Assembly (NCBI GenBank): GCA_964016885.1
Contig: OZ024740.1
Coordinates: forward strand, 130,262,001-130,326,000
Direction of reading: 5' to 3'
Source: Eledone cirrhosa
Lineage: Eukaryota
Length of the DNA: 64,000 nt
Below are positions 24,701 to 37,523 of the stretch, piece after piece. The translations under genes and the position numbers were made by a program. The stretch's first letter is position 1. Every line of letters starts with the position of its first letter. Below the pieces are notes generated by a model, which worked only from the letters and a program-made list of their open reading frames with translations, ran no database searches and was not told where the DNA came from.

Positions 24701-25206
24701 AGCAGGTTGGTGAGCCTCTTGCACCCTCCTTCCCTATCCACTAATCCCACACAATCCCAGCGTGCATCTAAGATCCCGTTCCAGTCGCCCACTAACACTA
24801 AAGAGCGGGACGTTCCAAGAAAGGTCTCCAGACGCCGGAAGAAATCAGGCCGCCCTGCTCCTGTCGGGGCATAGCCGGCCACTAACCTGAAAGCTTGCCC
24901 GTCTCCGCTGGTCACGTCCAGCACCACCAACTTACCTTCTGGGTCCAGGAAGATGGCCCGTATGGCAAGATCCAAACCTCTCCGAAAAAGCACAGCAACT
25001 CATCCCCCCGATCCCGGACGGCTGGGAGATGCGTACACATCGTAGCCGCCGAAGATCGGTGCGAAAGCCTGTGCTTCGGAGATTCTGGTCTCGCTGATGG
25101 CCACTACATCTATGTTTAGTGACCTGAGGTCGTTGAGCAGGTGGCCTTGCTTCCATGACGACCCCAAGCCACGCGCATTTATGCTGCCTATTCTGAGTGA
25201 GGTCAT
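21787..25206 (-). pseudogene. Tx1 ORF2 (AP endonuclease + reverse transcriptase + C-terminal Cys/His motif), one frame with three nonsense codons
   Basis: SINARGL, ISET, GDWN, YLDR, TDH (APE); KSPGLDG, FRPITLLN, DQSKAFDRV, RQGCPLS, YADN (RT, with D>N); CPRC..ETVLHALVQC. Stops at 25000, 22723 and 22264 are in frame. Confidence 0.93.
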
Positions 25207-25342
25207 GTTGAAAAGGAGTGGAAAAGATGGGAAAGACCACTTACCTTACTTCTCGTAGGGGAAGGACGGCTTTTCCATCCTTTTCACTGCTTGTGGCCTC
25301 CTCAGGAAGGATGTCCTTATAAATCCTCCTGGAGAGTGCTTG

Positions 25343-27068
25343 TTAGAAGTCTCCGATGTCTTTGGGGAATTTTTGTTTTAGTGTCATGTACGTTTTCTGT
25401 GTGATGCGAGTGATTTGTATGTGTGGAGGTGGTGTGAATTTTGGGGTTGTTGTGTAGTCTTTTTCTGTGATGCTGGTGTTGTGTTGGATGTAGTGTAATA
25501 ATTGCTTGTTGTTCAAATTTAATGCTGTGTAGTGTGTATCGTTTTGGTTGTTTTGTTTTGTTTGCGTTTGTTGTGGGTTTGTTTCTGTTTCGCATTTTGG
25601 TGACTTTTGTGGTGTAGGTGATTGTGGTGCTGGGGATAATGATGGTGATGGTGTTGGTGTTTGGGTTGATGGGGTTGGTGATGCTGGTGTGGATGGTGGC
25701 ATATCTGTCCTAACTTTTTTGTTTCTTAGTTTATTTGTTTCCCTCTGTATTTTGTTTTTGGAGGGGGAAGGAAGAGAATTTTTTCTTTTTTGGTTTCTTT
25801 TTTTTTTTCCGGATATCGTTTCCCACTCCTCGTCGTCACAATCTGTCTCCAGTTGTGATAGGCCGGGGAGTGGAAAATCCTTCACAGCCGTTAGTTTTGG
25901 TTGTGGTGTGGTGGATGGTGTAGGCGCTGGTGCTACTTCTGAAGCGTTGGGTGGTGGTGGTGTTGGTTTTGCTGGTGGTGGTAGTGGTGTTGGTTTTGCT
26001 ACTGTTGCTGGGGTTGTTGCTGTTATAGTTGCTTCTGTTGTTGCTGCTACAGTTGTTGCTGCCATCTCTGCTACTGGTAGTGTTGATGGTTGTGTCACTG
26101 GGGTGGGTAGGAGAGGTGGCCTCAACCTTTTAGCCTGAGGGCAGAAAGCCCTTAGGTGGGTTCCTTCACCACAAACGACACACCTAGGTCTTCTGCCCTC
26201 GACAATTACCGTGAGGTGGCTGCCGTCAGTGAGGTCTATTACCTCTGGGATCTCCTCAATGCTTTTTTGGTCCGCTTGGATCAGGAGCTCCATCCCAGAT
26301 CCGGACCAGTTTTCCTGCTTTTCTTTTGCTACTGCTATTATTTTCGTGTTGGCTTCGATGCCGGCGAGGACAGCCGCTATTAGCCAGGGAATTTCGATGG
26401 CCGGTGGAACGTGGGTCACCCTGATCTTTACGAGTCTCTGGCCACAATAGCTTGGGACGAGTGTGAGGTCGTCACTTTTTAATGAGGCCATAGAGTGTTC
26501 TCTAGCCTCCTCTGGTGTTTCAAAGAACACATCCACGGTTCCATACTTTTGCCCACCTCTGATGTGGCTTTTTCTTGCCCACACATGTCCCAAAGCTTTT
26601 TGGATTTGGGACTCGGATGCCCGTTCCACTCGGCGCGATTTTACATTTATTGTTCTATACGACACGGTGCACAGGCGCCGATGCTCCATTTTATTAGGTG
26701 GGGGGGGGGGTGAGGCTGACCCTGTATCCATCTTTCTTTACCATTTGTTTGGCATTTTCTAAATCTTCTTGAGTTACCGTGAACGCTTCGAATTGTTTTG
26801 CTACGATGGCGAAACTGAGGGTCGGTTTTATAATGTCATTGTTGTTGTTGTTGCTATCGTTATTTGTGTTAATCTTAATTTTTGTTTCAGTTGTGGTGGT
26901 GGTGACGTCATTCGTCTTTGGTGCGGAAGAGTCCATTTTGCTTGATTTCATTTCGACATCACGAGTTAATTTATTTTTTTCTTCTTTTGTTTCTGTTGTC
27001 GCGGTGGTGGTAGGGGTGGTGGTTGTCGCGGTGGTGGTGGCGGTGGAGGCTTTAACACCTGCAGTCAT
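25343..27068 (-). pseudogene. Tx1 ORF1 (gag-like nucleic-acid-binding protein with zinc knuckle), frameshifted at a G-run near 26700-26710
   Basis: CVVCGEGTHLRAFC (CX2CX4HX4C), Pro/Thr-rich linker, basic KKKRNQKRK stretch. Lies upstream of ORF2. Confidence 0.85.
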
Positions 27069-27446
27069 TCGTAATGGCGGGAAATGAATGTCTGCCTGAG
27101 ACAAATTTAAAATATTGCTACTGCTTATATTTTTTTTGTGTTGGCAAACGTAGTAACATTTACAATGGTGGTGTCGGTGTGAGGTGTTATTTTGTGAGGA
27201 AGGCTTTCAGCTGCTTCGTGCAGAGTGGAATTAGCCATTTTTTTTCAAAGAAATTTTTGGATAATAATAAAAGTTTAAATTTTGGGCACAAGGCCCCAAT
27301 CTTTTTGGGTGTCCTTTTCGGAAAACAATGTATGTGCGCTTATAAACAGTTAACAATAAAATTTTCCATAAATGACAATTTTTAACAAACGGAAATAACA
27401 AACCTTTGCGGAGCTCACGATGATACGATTTACTAAGTAGGTCGCC

Positions 27447-27499
<53 letters not shown>

Positions 27500-27520
27500 T
27501 AATACTAATACTAATAATGA

Positions 27521-30500
27521 TTTCTTTATTAACCACAAGGGTTTACATAAAGTAGACATTAAGGACAGTACATGACAATACAGGGCGGAACAAATGGGCA
27601 TTTCTGCGTGTAAAAAAAGACAGGACGTAACAAAAAATAACAATGAAAAATTCCCCAATAGAGGGGAGACTTCCGAGGGACATTTGTGGAGAAAGCCCAT
27701 TAAAAAGCCACAGTGACCCTGACCCCCAGGACCAGTGATCTCTCCCAGTTTTCCACCTTTAATTTATAGATACATACTCAGAGTAGGCCCATTCACTCGG
27801 GCCATACTTGCTTCTCTCACCCATCTTTTTCAACAAAATGCTGGGAAGAGAGCACTTCCCTCGCTACCCTGATTTTCCTTTTCAAATGAAATTTGAAAAA
27901 GTTAATCAGGGCATCACCGAAGAGGTAAGTGCTCGTCTTCAGCCCTTTCAAACGTGTCCACCATACTATCCCTTTCGCCATGGCCACCAGGCTGATAAAA
28001 ACTGGCTGCCCTTCCCGGCTAAAGGAAGAGGGCGGGGCAATCCTCACGATGGACTCAGCTGATAGCTGAATCCGTCCTACACGTGACAGTAGATGTTCGA
28101 CATAAACCCACAAGTCAGCAATGCTCGAACACTGGACGAGTGCGTGCAGGACGGTTTCGTCGCCCTGCGCGCATCTCTGACATGCCCGCCTGACGGCACC
28201 TCCATGCCTGTAGAGTTTATCCCGAACTGGCAAAGCTCCTCGCTAGCACTGCCAGGCCAGGGATTTCTGGAAGTTGTCCATAGGCCCCTGCCCGAAAGTC
28301 CTTCCGAAGAGATTGGCTAGTTGATTTTCGTCGACGCCTAGATTTTCCCCCAAGTACGTCGTCGCTCTTCCCCTCCACTAATCCACTATAGAACGCCAAG
28401 TTGGAGTTTCCACCGATCACATTGCCCGATTGGTTGAGGGCTGTGAGCGCCTGAAGACATTCCAGTCTCCAAGCGCTCCCTCTCGGTCTTCGCTTGACCC
28501 AGGACTGCAGCTCCGTCAAGGAGACGAGCTGGTCAAAGACTTGTCTAGCAAACGGCGACCACACCTGATCACCGTCGAGGAAGAGGTTGAGATGTCGTAG
28601 CCTGAACGCGATCTGCGCATCATCAGCCACGGCATGCCCAGCTCTCCACGTAGCGGGTGTTGACAGGTGATGGACCGCACGACCATCGGGGCGCGTCCCT
28701 TCCACAAAAAGCGAAAGAGCAAACGCTCCAGCGCAGTCAGGCGGGGCTTAGGACAAGGTACGACAGTCAGGCGGTAGTAGATGACGGACGCGATGTACGC
28801 AGTAGCCACCTCCGCTCTACATTTCAGGGATAGCTTCCTCTCCGCCCATTTCTGGGTGAGATAAGCCACCCTGCTCGTCACCTCGTCCCAGTTTTTGTCC
28901 GTCTGGAGGTCCGGACCGAACCAGACCCCTAGCAATTTAACCGGTCCGTCCGTCCAGCGCCCGACGACACTGTTGGATGGCATGGACCTACCTCTCCAGG
29001 TGCCGAGCTGCAGGCCCACTGACTTTTCCTGGTTGACCATTGCTCCTGTCACCACTTCGTATTCCCTTAGTGTATTGCCGATCGCCTCGATCTGTTTGGC
29101 GTTCGACACCACTACGATGACATCGTCCGCATATGCTGACACGGATCTTCCGCATCCTAGTTCGCGCGGGACCCCCTCAAAGTCTCCAGTTTGTGCAGTA
29201 ATGGCTCGAGAGTCAATACGTACAAGAGGGACGAGAGAGGACATCCTTGGCGGACCGAGCGCATGATGTTGAACGGTTCCGAAAGGTGACCGTTCACTCT
29301 CACCACAGAGCAGATGTCGCTGTACATAGCAGCGATCCAGCCTCTGAAGACGGGCCCAAAGCCAGCCGCCTTCAGGACTGCCGCTAGGTAACGATGGTCG
29401 ACAATATCGAAAGCTTTCGACTGATTTAAATTGATCAAGGACCCCCCCCCCCCTCCCGTGCCAGGATAGCTAGCTCCCCTCTCTACGATGTATCGCATGA
29501 GGTGGAGCATAAACGACAAGCGCCAACCTCTTTGCCAGCACCTTGGCCAACATCTTGAACTCTGTGTTGAGCAGAGATATGGGCCTAAAATTATCTATGT
29601 TATCCCCCTTGATCGGATCATTTTCAGCAGCGACACAGCTCTTCGGCTCACAGAGCTGGGAATTCTCTCGTTGCAGTAGACGTCCGCCAAAAAGCCTCCG
29701 AAGAAGTCTGGCATCTGTACGTAAAGTTCATAGGGCAGACCATCCCTTGTGCAGCCAGTCATTGCCTCCCGTACTTCAGCGGCTGTTATCGGCTTTTCGC
29801 AACATTCCGCCTCAGTGGCCGAGAGCCGCCGCAGTCCGTCGAGGTAGACACTAAAGTCCATCCCTCTATCTGGCCCACTTCTGCTCCCGAACAGCTGTGC
29901 GAAGTGTCGCTGAAAAGTTTCATACATGTGCCCGGGAACGAGTAGCATGCGCCCGCCGTGGTCCACCAAAGACCGGATCGTGGGTTTGTTGCCACGACGC
30001 GCCTCCGCCACTCGGGCTCATTGAACGGCTTTCGTCACCTCGTGTCTGAGAGCACACGCTGCCTAGCTCTGACAACGCAGCCTTCGTGCTTTGCATTGAA
30101 GAATTTTTCAAGGGCCAATTTTGCGGCAAGTACGTCGTTCGCGATGCCTTTGCTAAGCGCCTCGTCTAATGTTCTAACTAGTTCTCCCTCTGCTCTATTT
30201 TTCTCTATTGCTAAAGCCTTACCAAACCTAATGGACTCTATTCTAATCGCTCTTTTCAGAACAAAAGACCACTTGTTGTTGACGATGGCCCCCGTCAACG
30301 CCAGCTTAACTAGTTCGCTAATCCGGTCTCTGTAGGCCTTGCGCGCTGGTAAGGACGCGTTTAGCTTCCATTAGCCGGGTCCTCGTCTATGAAGCCTATC
30401 TAAGTCAAGCACACAGATCAGGAATTTGTGGTCCGTGTAGCTGACTGTCTTGAATTGTGGACAGCCTATGCTAGACCTATCTATTTCCCTACAAAATACT

Positions 30501-32825
30501 CTATCTAGATATAAACTGGATGACTCTATGCGCTTTGTCCAAGTCCACATTGGCACATTCGAGTAATCCAATCGGTACCTGTCAGAGAGTTGAAAACCCC
30601 TGAGCAGGTTGGTGAGGCTCTTGCACCCTCCTCCCCTATCCGCTAATCCCACACAGTCCCAGCGTGCATCTAAGATCCCGTTCCAGTCGCCCACTAACAC
30701 TAAAGAGCGGGACGTTCCAAGAAAGGTCTCCAGACGCCGGAATAAATCAGGCCGCCCTGCTCCTGCCGGGGCATAGACGGCTACTAGCCTGAAAGCTAGC
30801 CTGTCTCCGCTGGTCACGTTCAGCAACACCAACTTACCTTCTGGGTCCAGGAAGATGGCCCCTATAGCGAGATCCAAAATTCTCAGGAAAAGCACAGCAA
30901 CACCTCCCTCCGAATCAGATGCGTACAATCGTAGCCGCCGAACGTCGTTAAGCAGGTGGACCTGCTTCCATGACGAACCCATGCCATGCGCATTTATGCT
31001 GCCTATTCTGAGTGAGGTCATGTTGAAATGGAGTGGAAAAGATGGGAAATACCACTTGCCTTACTTCTCGTAGAGGAAGGATGGTTTGTCTATCCTCTTC
31101 GCTGCTTGTGGCCTCCTCCGGAAGGATGTCCTTATAAATCCTTCTGGAGAGTGCTTGTCGGAAGTATCCGATGTCTTTGGGGAATTTTTGTTTTAGTGTC
31201 GTTTCCCTCTGTATTTTGTTTTTGGAGGGGAAAGGAAGAGGATTTTTTTTCTTTTTTAGCTTCTTTTTCTGTTTTTTTCTTTTTTCCTGATACCGTTTCC
31301 CAATCCTCCTCGTCACAATCTGTTTCCAGTTGCGATAGATCGGGAAGTGGAAAATCCTCCACAGGCGTTGGATTTCGTTGTGGCGTTGTGATATGGTGTA
31401 GGCGCTGGTGCTTGTTTTGGTGCGATGGGTGGTGGTGTTGTTGGTTCTGCTACTGTTGCTGGGGTTGTTGCTGTTCCAGTTGCTTCTGTTGTTGCTGCTG
31501 CAGTTGTTGCCGCCATTTCTGCTGCTGGTGGTGTTGATGGTTGAGTCAATGGGGTGGGTAAGAGAGGTGGCCTCAACCATTTAGTATGAGGGCAGAAAAC
31601 CCTAACGTGGGTCCCTTCACCACAAACGACACACCTAGGCCTTCTGCCCTCAACAATTACGGTGAGGTGGCTGCCGTCAGTGAGCTCTATTACCTCTTGG
31701 ATCTCCTCAATGCTTGTTTGGTCCGCTTGGATCAGGAGTTCCACCCCAGATCAGGACCAGTTCTCCTGCTTTTCTTTTGCTATTTCGATTATCTTGGTGT
31801 TGGCCTCGATGCCGGCGAGGACGGCAACAACTAGCCAGGGAATTTCGATGGCCGGTGGAACGTTGGTCACACAGAACTTCACGAGTCTCTGCCCACAATA
31901 ACTTGGGACGAGTATGAAGTCGTCACTTCTTAATGGGGCCATGGAATGTTCTCTGGATTCCTATGGGGTTCCAACGAACACGTCCACGGTTCCATATTTC
32001 TGCCCACGTCTGATGTAGGTCTTTTTTGCCCATACATGTCTCAAAGCTTTTTGGATTTGGTACTCGGATGCCCGTTCCACTTGGCGCGATTTTATGATAA
32101 CCGACCGATAACACGCGGTGCATAGGCGCCGATGCTCCATTTTATTATGTGGGGAGGTGGGGTAGACCCTGTACCCATCTTTCTTTGCCATTCTCTTGGC
32201 TTCATTTACTTCCACCTGAGTTACCTGGATTGCTTTGCACTTTTTTTGTTGCTCAGGCAAAAGACATGTGGTTTTCTTATTCTCATTGTTGTTGTTGCTG
32301 TTATTGTTATCGTTATTTTTGGTGGCGTCAGTGGTGTTCGGTGTGGAAGAGTTCATTTCGGGTGAATCCATTTCGATGTCACGAGATAATTTATTTTTTA
32401 CTTTTATTTCTGTTGTCGCTGTGGTGGTGGTGGGGTGGCTGCTTCAACACCTGCAGTCATTGGTAATGGCGGGAAATGAATGTCTGCATGAGACAAATTT
32501 ATATTATTGCTAATGCTTATATTTTTAGTGTTGGCAAACGTAGTAAATTTTACAATGGTGGTATCGGTGTGAGGTGTTAGTTTGTGAGGAAGGTGTGACT
32601 GTGAGTCGCGCATGATTTTTCAAAGAAATTTTTGTTTGATAATTATAAAAGTTTAAATTTTGAGCTCAAGGCCCCAACCTTTTTGAATGTCCTTTTCAGA
32701 AAACAATGGATGTGCAATTATATACAGGTAACAATACAATTTTTCCATAAATGGTAATTTTAAATAACAGAAAGCAACAAACCTTTGCGGAGGTCACGAT
32801 ATTACGATTTCCTACGTAGGTCGCC
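27521..32825 (-). mobile_element. Full-span, degenerate Tx1 LINE (copy B, same family as A)
   Basis: Same 5' terminus GGCGACCTAC. ORF1 knuckle CVVCGEGTHVRVFC (31313-31744), APE (30371-31021), RT YADD (28516-29244). Multiple indels. Confidence 0.92.
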
Positions 32826-32865
32826 AATAATAATAATAATAATAATAATATTAATAATAATAATA

Positions 32866-35800
32866 ATTTATTTATAGGGCACAAGAGCTGGCATCAAGAA
32901 AAACATTACAGACGCCACAGGACGGTACAGTGCGGTAAGATGTGGGTTTTGTGCATGTAAAGATTTTTATTATTTATATAAGAAAAGAAAAAAAAGACAT
33001 AGAAACATATATATATATACAACCAATAAAAATGAAACTTGAAACAATGAAAAATTCCCCAATAGTGGGGAAACCGCGGAGGGTTACTCGTGGCGAAAAC
33101 CACACAAATGACTACAGCCACCCTGACCACCAGGGTAAGCCCCCTCTCTCACTTTTTATATTTCTCAAACTACAGGCGTATATTCAGAGCTGTCCCGTCC
33201 TCTCGGACCATTCTCAGTACATTCACCCACCTTTCAACAAACTTGCTAGAAGGCAGCACTTGCCTCTCCACCCTGATTTTTCTCTTCAAATGAAACTTGA
33301 AAAAGTTAATTAGGGATTCGCCGAAGAGGAAAGTGTCTGTCTTTAACCCTTTCAACATTGTCCACCACACAATCTCTTTCGCCATGGCCCCCAGGCAGAT
33401 GAAAACCACATGCCCTTCCTCCTCGAAGAAAGACGGCGAGACCATCTGCACAATGGACTCAGTCGATAACCGGCTCAGCCCTACGTGACAGCAACTGTTC
33501 GACATAATTCCACAATCAGCAATGTACGGGCACTGACCGAGTGCGTGCACGACGGTTTCGTAGCTCAGCGCGCATCTCGGACACACTCGGCTGACGGCAC
33601 TGCTATGCCTGTAGAGCTTATCTCGAACCGGCAAAGCTCCACGGTATCACTGCCAGGCCAGTGAATTTTGGAAGTTATCCATAGGCGCTGGGCTGAAAGT
33701 TCTCCGGAAGAGAGCAAACAGCTGATCTTCTTCGACGCCCAGGATTTCTTCGATAACGTCGTCGCTCTTCCCCTAGTCCTCTATAGAACGTCGAGGTTGA
33801 TGTTCCACCGATACTGGTGCCCCGCTGGCAGAGGGCAGTGAGCGCCTAGAGACATTCCAGTTTCCAAGCGCTATCACTCGGTCTTTTTCTGACACAGGAC
33901 TGCAGCTCCGTCAAAGAGGCGAGCTATGGGAAAAGGTGCCTGGCGAACGGCGACCACACCTGTTCACCATCAAGGAAGCACCAGATATGTCGCAGCCTCA
34001 GCGCATGTTGGCACATCATCAGCCATGGCATGGCCAATCCTCCACGCAGTGGGTGTTGACAGCAGATGGATCGTCTGACCATGGGAGCGCGTCTCTTCCA
34101 CAAAAAGCGGAAGTGGAGGCGCACCAATTTGGTGAGAGTTGGGCCGGGGCAAGTGACGACAGTGAAGCGGTAGAAGATGACGGATGCGATGTACGCATTC
34201 GCCACCTCCGCCCGGCCTTTCAGGGACATCTTCCTTTCGGCCCATTTCTGGGTGAGGGAGGCCACCTTGCTCGTCACCTCGCTCCCGTTTTTCTCCATCT
34301 GGAGGTCCGGTCCGAATCAGACCCCGAGCAATTTAACCGGTACGTCCGTCTAACGCCCAAAGACGCTGCAAACCTACCGATTTTTCCTGATTTACCTTTG
34401 CTCCTGTCACCACTTCATATCTCTTGAGAGCGGTGCCAAGCATCTGCACATGTCTGGTGCTCGACACCACCACGGCGACGTCGTCAGCGTAAGCCGACTC
34501 GGATTTACCGCATCCTAGTTCGCGTGGGACGCCCCTCATCGCCCCCAGTTTGTGCAGTAACTGCTCGAGAGCCAATACGTACAAGAGGGACGAGACAACC
34601 CTGGCTGACCGAGAGTATGATGCTGAACAGCTACGATAGGTGACCGTTCACCCTCGAAACTACTGAGCAGATGTCACTTTACATCGTAGCGATCCAATCC
34701 CAGAAAACGGGACCGAGAGCGGCTGCCTAGAGGACCGCCGCCATTTCCCGATGGTCGACCCTATCGAATGCTTTGGATTGATCCAAGTTAATCAGGACCC
34801 CACCCGTGCCAGGTTCCTTAACCAGCCTCTCTATGATGTATCGCAAGAGGTGGAGGTTGTCGTGTATGTATCTGTCCGGATGGCTCATTTCTGCGACTCT
34901 CCCAGCAGACCCTTGACGACAAGCCCCAAACGCGTTGCTAACACCTTGGCCAAAATCTTGAACTCTGCGTTTAGCAGGGTTATGTCTCTGGAATTATCGA
35001 TAACATTCCCCGCCGCTGCTCCCGAACAGTTCAGCAAAGTGCTGCTGAAAATCTTTACAAAGCAACTCGGGTTAGAGCAACACGCACCCGTTTTGTTCAA
35101 ATACCGAATTGTGGCTTTGTTGCTACGTCGCGCCTCTGCCACCCGGGCTCATTGGACGGCTTTTGTCCCCCTCGTGTTTCAGAGCACGAACTCTAGCTCT
35201 GACAACGCAGCCTTCGTGTTTTGCTTTGAAGAATTGGTCGAGTGCCAATCTCGCCGCAAGCATGTCGCTTGCGATGCTTATCTTAAATGCTTCTTCTATA
35301 TTTCTGACTAGCTCTCCTTCTACTCTATTTTCTTCTATCCCATTCCTTTGCTAAACCTTTTCAGGGCGAAAGACCACCTGTTGTTGACGACCGTTCCCGT
35401 CAACTCCCGCTTAACTAATAAGCTAATCCGGTCTCTGTAGGATTTGCGTGCGGGGAAAGACGGGTTCAGCTTCCAGTAAGCGGGCCCTTGTCTATGAAAT
35501 CTGTTTATGTCGATCTCACAGTTCACAAATTTGTGGTCTGTGTAGTCGACTATTTTAAATTGTGGACAACTTATACTAGCCTTATCTAGTTCTCTACAGA
35601 AAACCATATCGAGATACGATCTGGATGACTCGATGCGGTTGTCCATGTCCACATTGGCACATTCGGGTGATCCAGGCGATATCTGTCAGACAGTTCAAAA
35701 CGTCTGAGCAGGTTGGTGAGGCTCTTGCACCCTCCTCCCCTATCCACTAGCTACACACAATCCCAGCGTACATCCAAGATACCATTCCAGTCGCCCACTA

Positions 35801-37255
35801 ACACTAAAGAGCGGGACGTTCCAAGAAATGTCTCTAGACGACTTAAGAAATCTAGCCGTCCTGCCCCATTTGGGGCGTAGACGGCTACCAGCCTGAAAGC
35901 ATTGCCTTCGCTGCCGGTCACGTCCAGCACCACCGACTTACCTTCTGGGTCTAGGAAGATGGTCCGTTGACGAGATCCAAGCCTCTCCGAAAAAGATGGC
36001 AACCCCTCCCGGCGATCCTAGATGGCTGTGAGATGCGTATACATCAGAGCCGCCGAAGGTCGGTGACAAGGTTCGTGCTTCCGAGATTCTTGTCTCGCTG
36101 ATGGCCACCACATCTATGTTTAGTGACCTGAGGCCGTGTAGCAGGTGACCCTGCTTCCAAGATGACCCCAGGCCACGTGCATTTATACTGCCTATTCTGA
36201 GTGCGGCCATGTTGGATGAGAATCGGGGCAAGTCAGAAAGGGTCACTTACCTTGATCGAGTGGTGAAGGGACAGTAGAACCGTCCCTTTGGCTGGTCATG
36301 TGTGTTTCCAAGAGGATGTTAGTTTATATCCGCGTGGTAACCGAATCTCTGAATCTCCAACTGCGTTGGGGAATTTTTGTTTTAAAAGTTGGTATTGTTC
36401 TATTTTGATATCAATGATGCTTATATTTGTCGGGAGAGTTCTTTGTGTTGGTGGGGTGTAGTAGTTTTTTTCTCTGATGTCTGTGTGCTGCTTTATAAGT
36501 TGTATGAGTTCTTTATTTGCCATGTTTATGGCTGTGTACTTTTTGTGGGGAGGGATGATTTTGTTGCTGTTTTCTTCTTGTTACTGTTGGGTGTGCGTGT
36601 TTTGTTGTGTTTGCGTAAATTGTGTATTTAGTGATGGTGGTGGTGGTGTTGCTGTAAGTCTCCTTGCAGCCTTTACTTTTCTATCTGTGCCGTCGCTTTT
36701 GAGGGGTGAAGCTAACGTTTTTTTTTGTTTTTGTTTCTTTTTAGCAAACCGTTTACTACTTCACTCCCGCCTCAGACTCCTAGTACTGTTCCTACTATAA
36801 TTGTTGTGGCTGTTGTCATTGTCATTGTTATTGTCGTTCTCGACCTTACCGCTGTTATTTTTGTTGTTGCTGTTGTTATTGATGGTGTTGTTGTTGGTGT
36901 CATTGTTGGTGTTGATTGTGTTAGAAATATTTGGTAATTTTAAATCTATTGTTCCTCCTTTCCTTCGTAATATTTGACAAAATCTCCCTCTCTTTGTGTT
37001 GTCTGACAGCGCTCTCCCTCTTTCTTGTGTTATCCATGTTGAAAGAAATTTTTTTTTTCAAATAATATTTTTACACAATACGACACCCCGTTAAGGGGTG
37101 CCGTATTATTTACGAGTAAACCGTGTATTAGGTGGGTCACTTCTTCTAAACTTTTATAAAGTTTAAAACTTGAGTAAAAGGTTTAGAACAGTTGAAAACG
37201 AGGGAAACTGTTGATAAAAAAAAATGGAGGCGATAAGAAGCGTGGCTTCACCTTC
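32866..37255 (-). mobile_element. Degenerate Tx1 LINE (copy C, diverged subfamily, most of ORF1 missing)
   Basis: MAALRIGSINARGL (ATG at 36210), GDWNGILD, YADD (34333-34584), CPRC..H..C (33170-33634). 5' boundary inferred from (AAT)n. Confidence 0.85.
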
Positions 37256-37262
37256 AATAATA

Positions 37263-37324
<62 letters not shown>

Positions 37325-37327
<3 letters not shown>

Positions 37328-37509
37328 TGTTTCTACTTTTGGCACAAGGCCAGCAATTATCCTAGTACATTACAGGTACTTTATGTTATCGACCTCGTAA
37401 GGATGAAAGGCAAAGTTAACCTCAGCGGGATATGAACTCAGACCATAAAGGGCCGTAGCTCTTTCCTGCTAAGCATAGTGTATGACTCTCTACCGATACT
37501 GCCAATCCC
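37325..37509 (-). mobile_element. tRNA-derived SINE embedded in (TAA)n within the LINE array
   Basis: Reverse complement of the main SINE. (AAT)n on both sides. Confidence 0.85.
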
Positions 37510-37523
37510 ATAATAATAATAAT

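Larger units (their letters stand above)
21544..27446 (-). mobile_element. Full-length L1/Tx1-clade non-LTR retrotransposon (copy A, ~5.9 kb)
   Basis: 5' UTR, ORF1, ORF2 (APE-RT-Cys/His motif), 3' UTR with AATAAA and (ATT)n. (AAT)n on both sides. Confidence 0.93.

Noticed and set aside
22802-24874. Plus-strand ORFs antisense to Tx1 ORF2 (and equivalents in other copies)
   Set aside because: Shadow ORFs of GC-rich coding sequence, with no motifs and inconsistent boundaries between copies.
21787-25206. Copy A as an active LINE, or its stops as recoding sites
   Set aside because: It has three nonsense codons at Gly, Trp and Tyr positions plus YADD>YADN. The first two stops read as sense codons in other copies, and the third reads Tyr in copies C and E.
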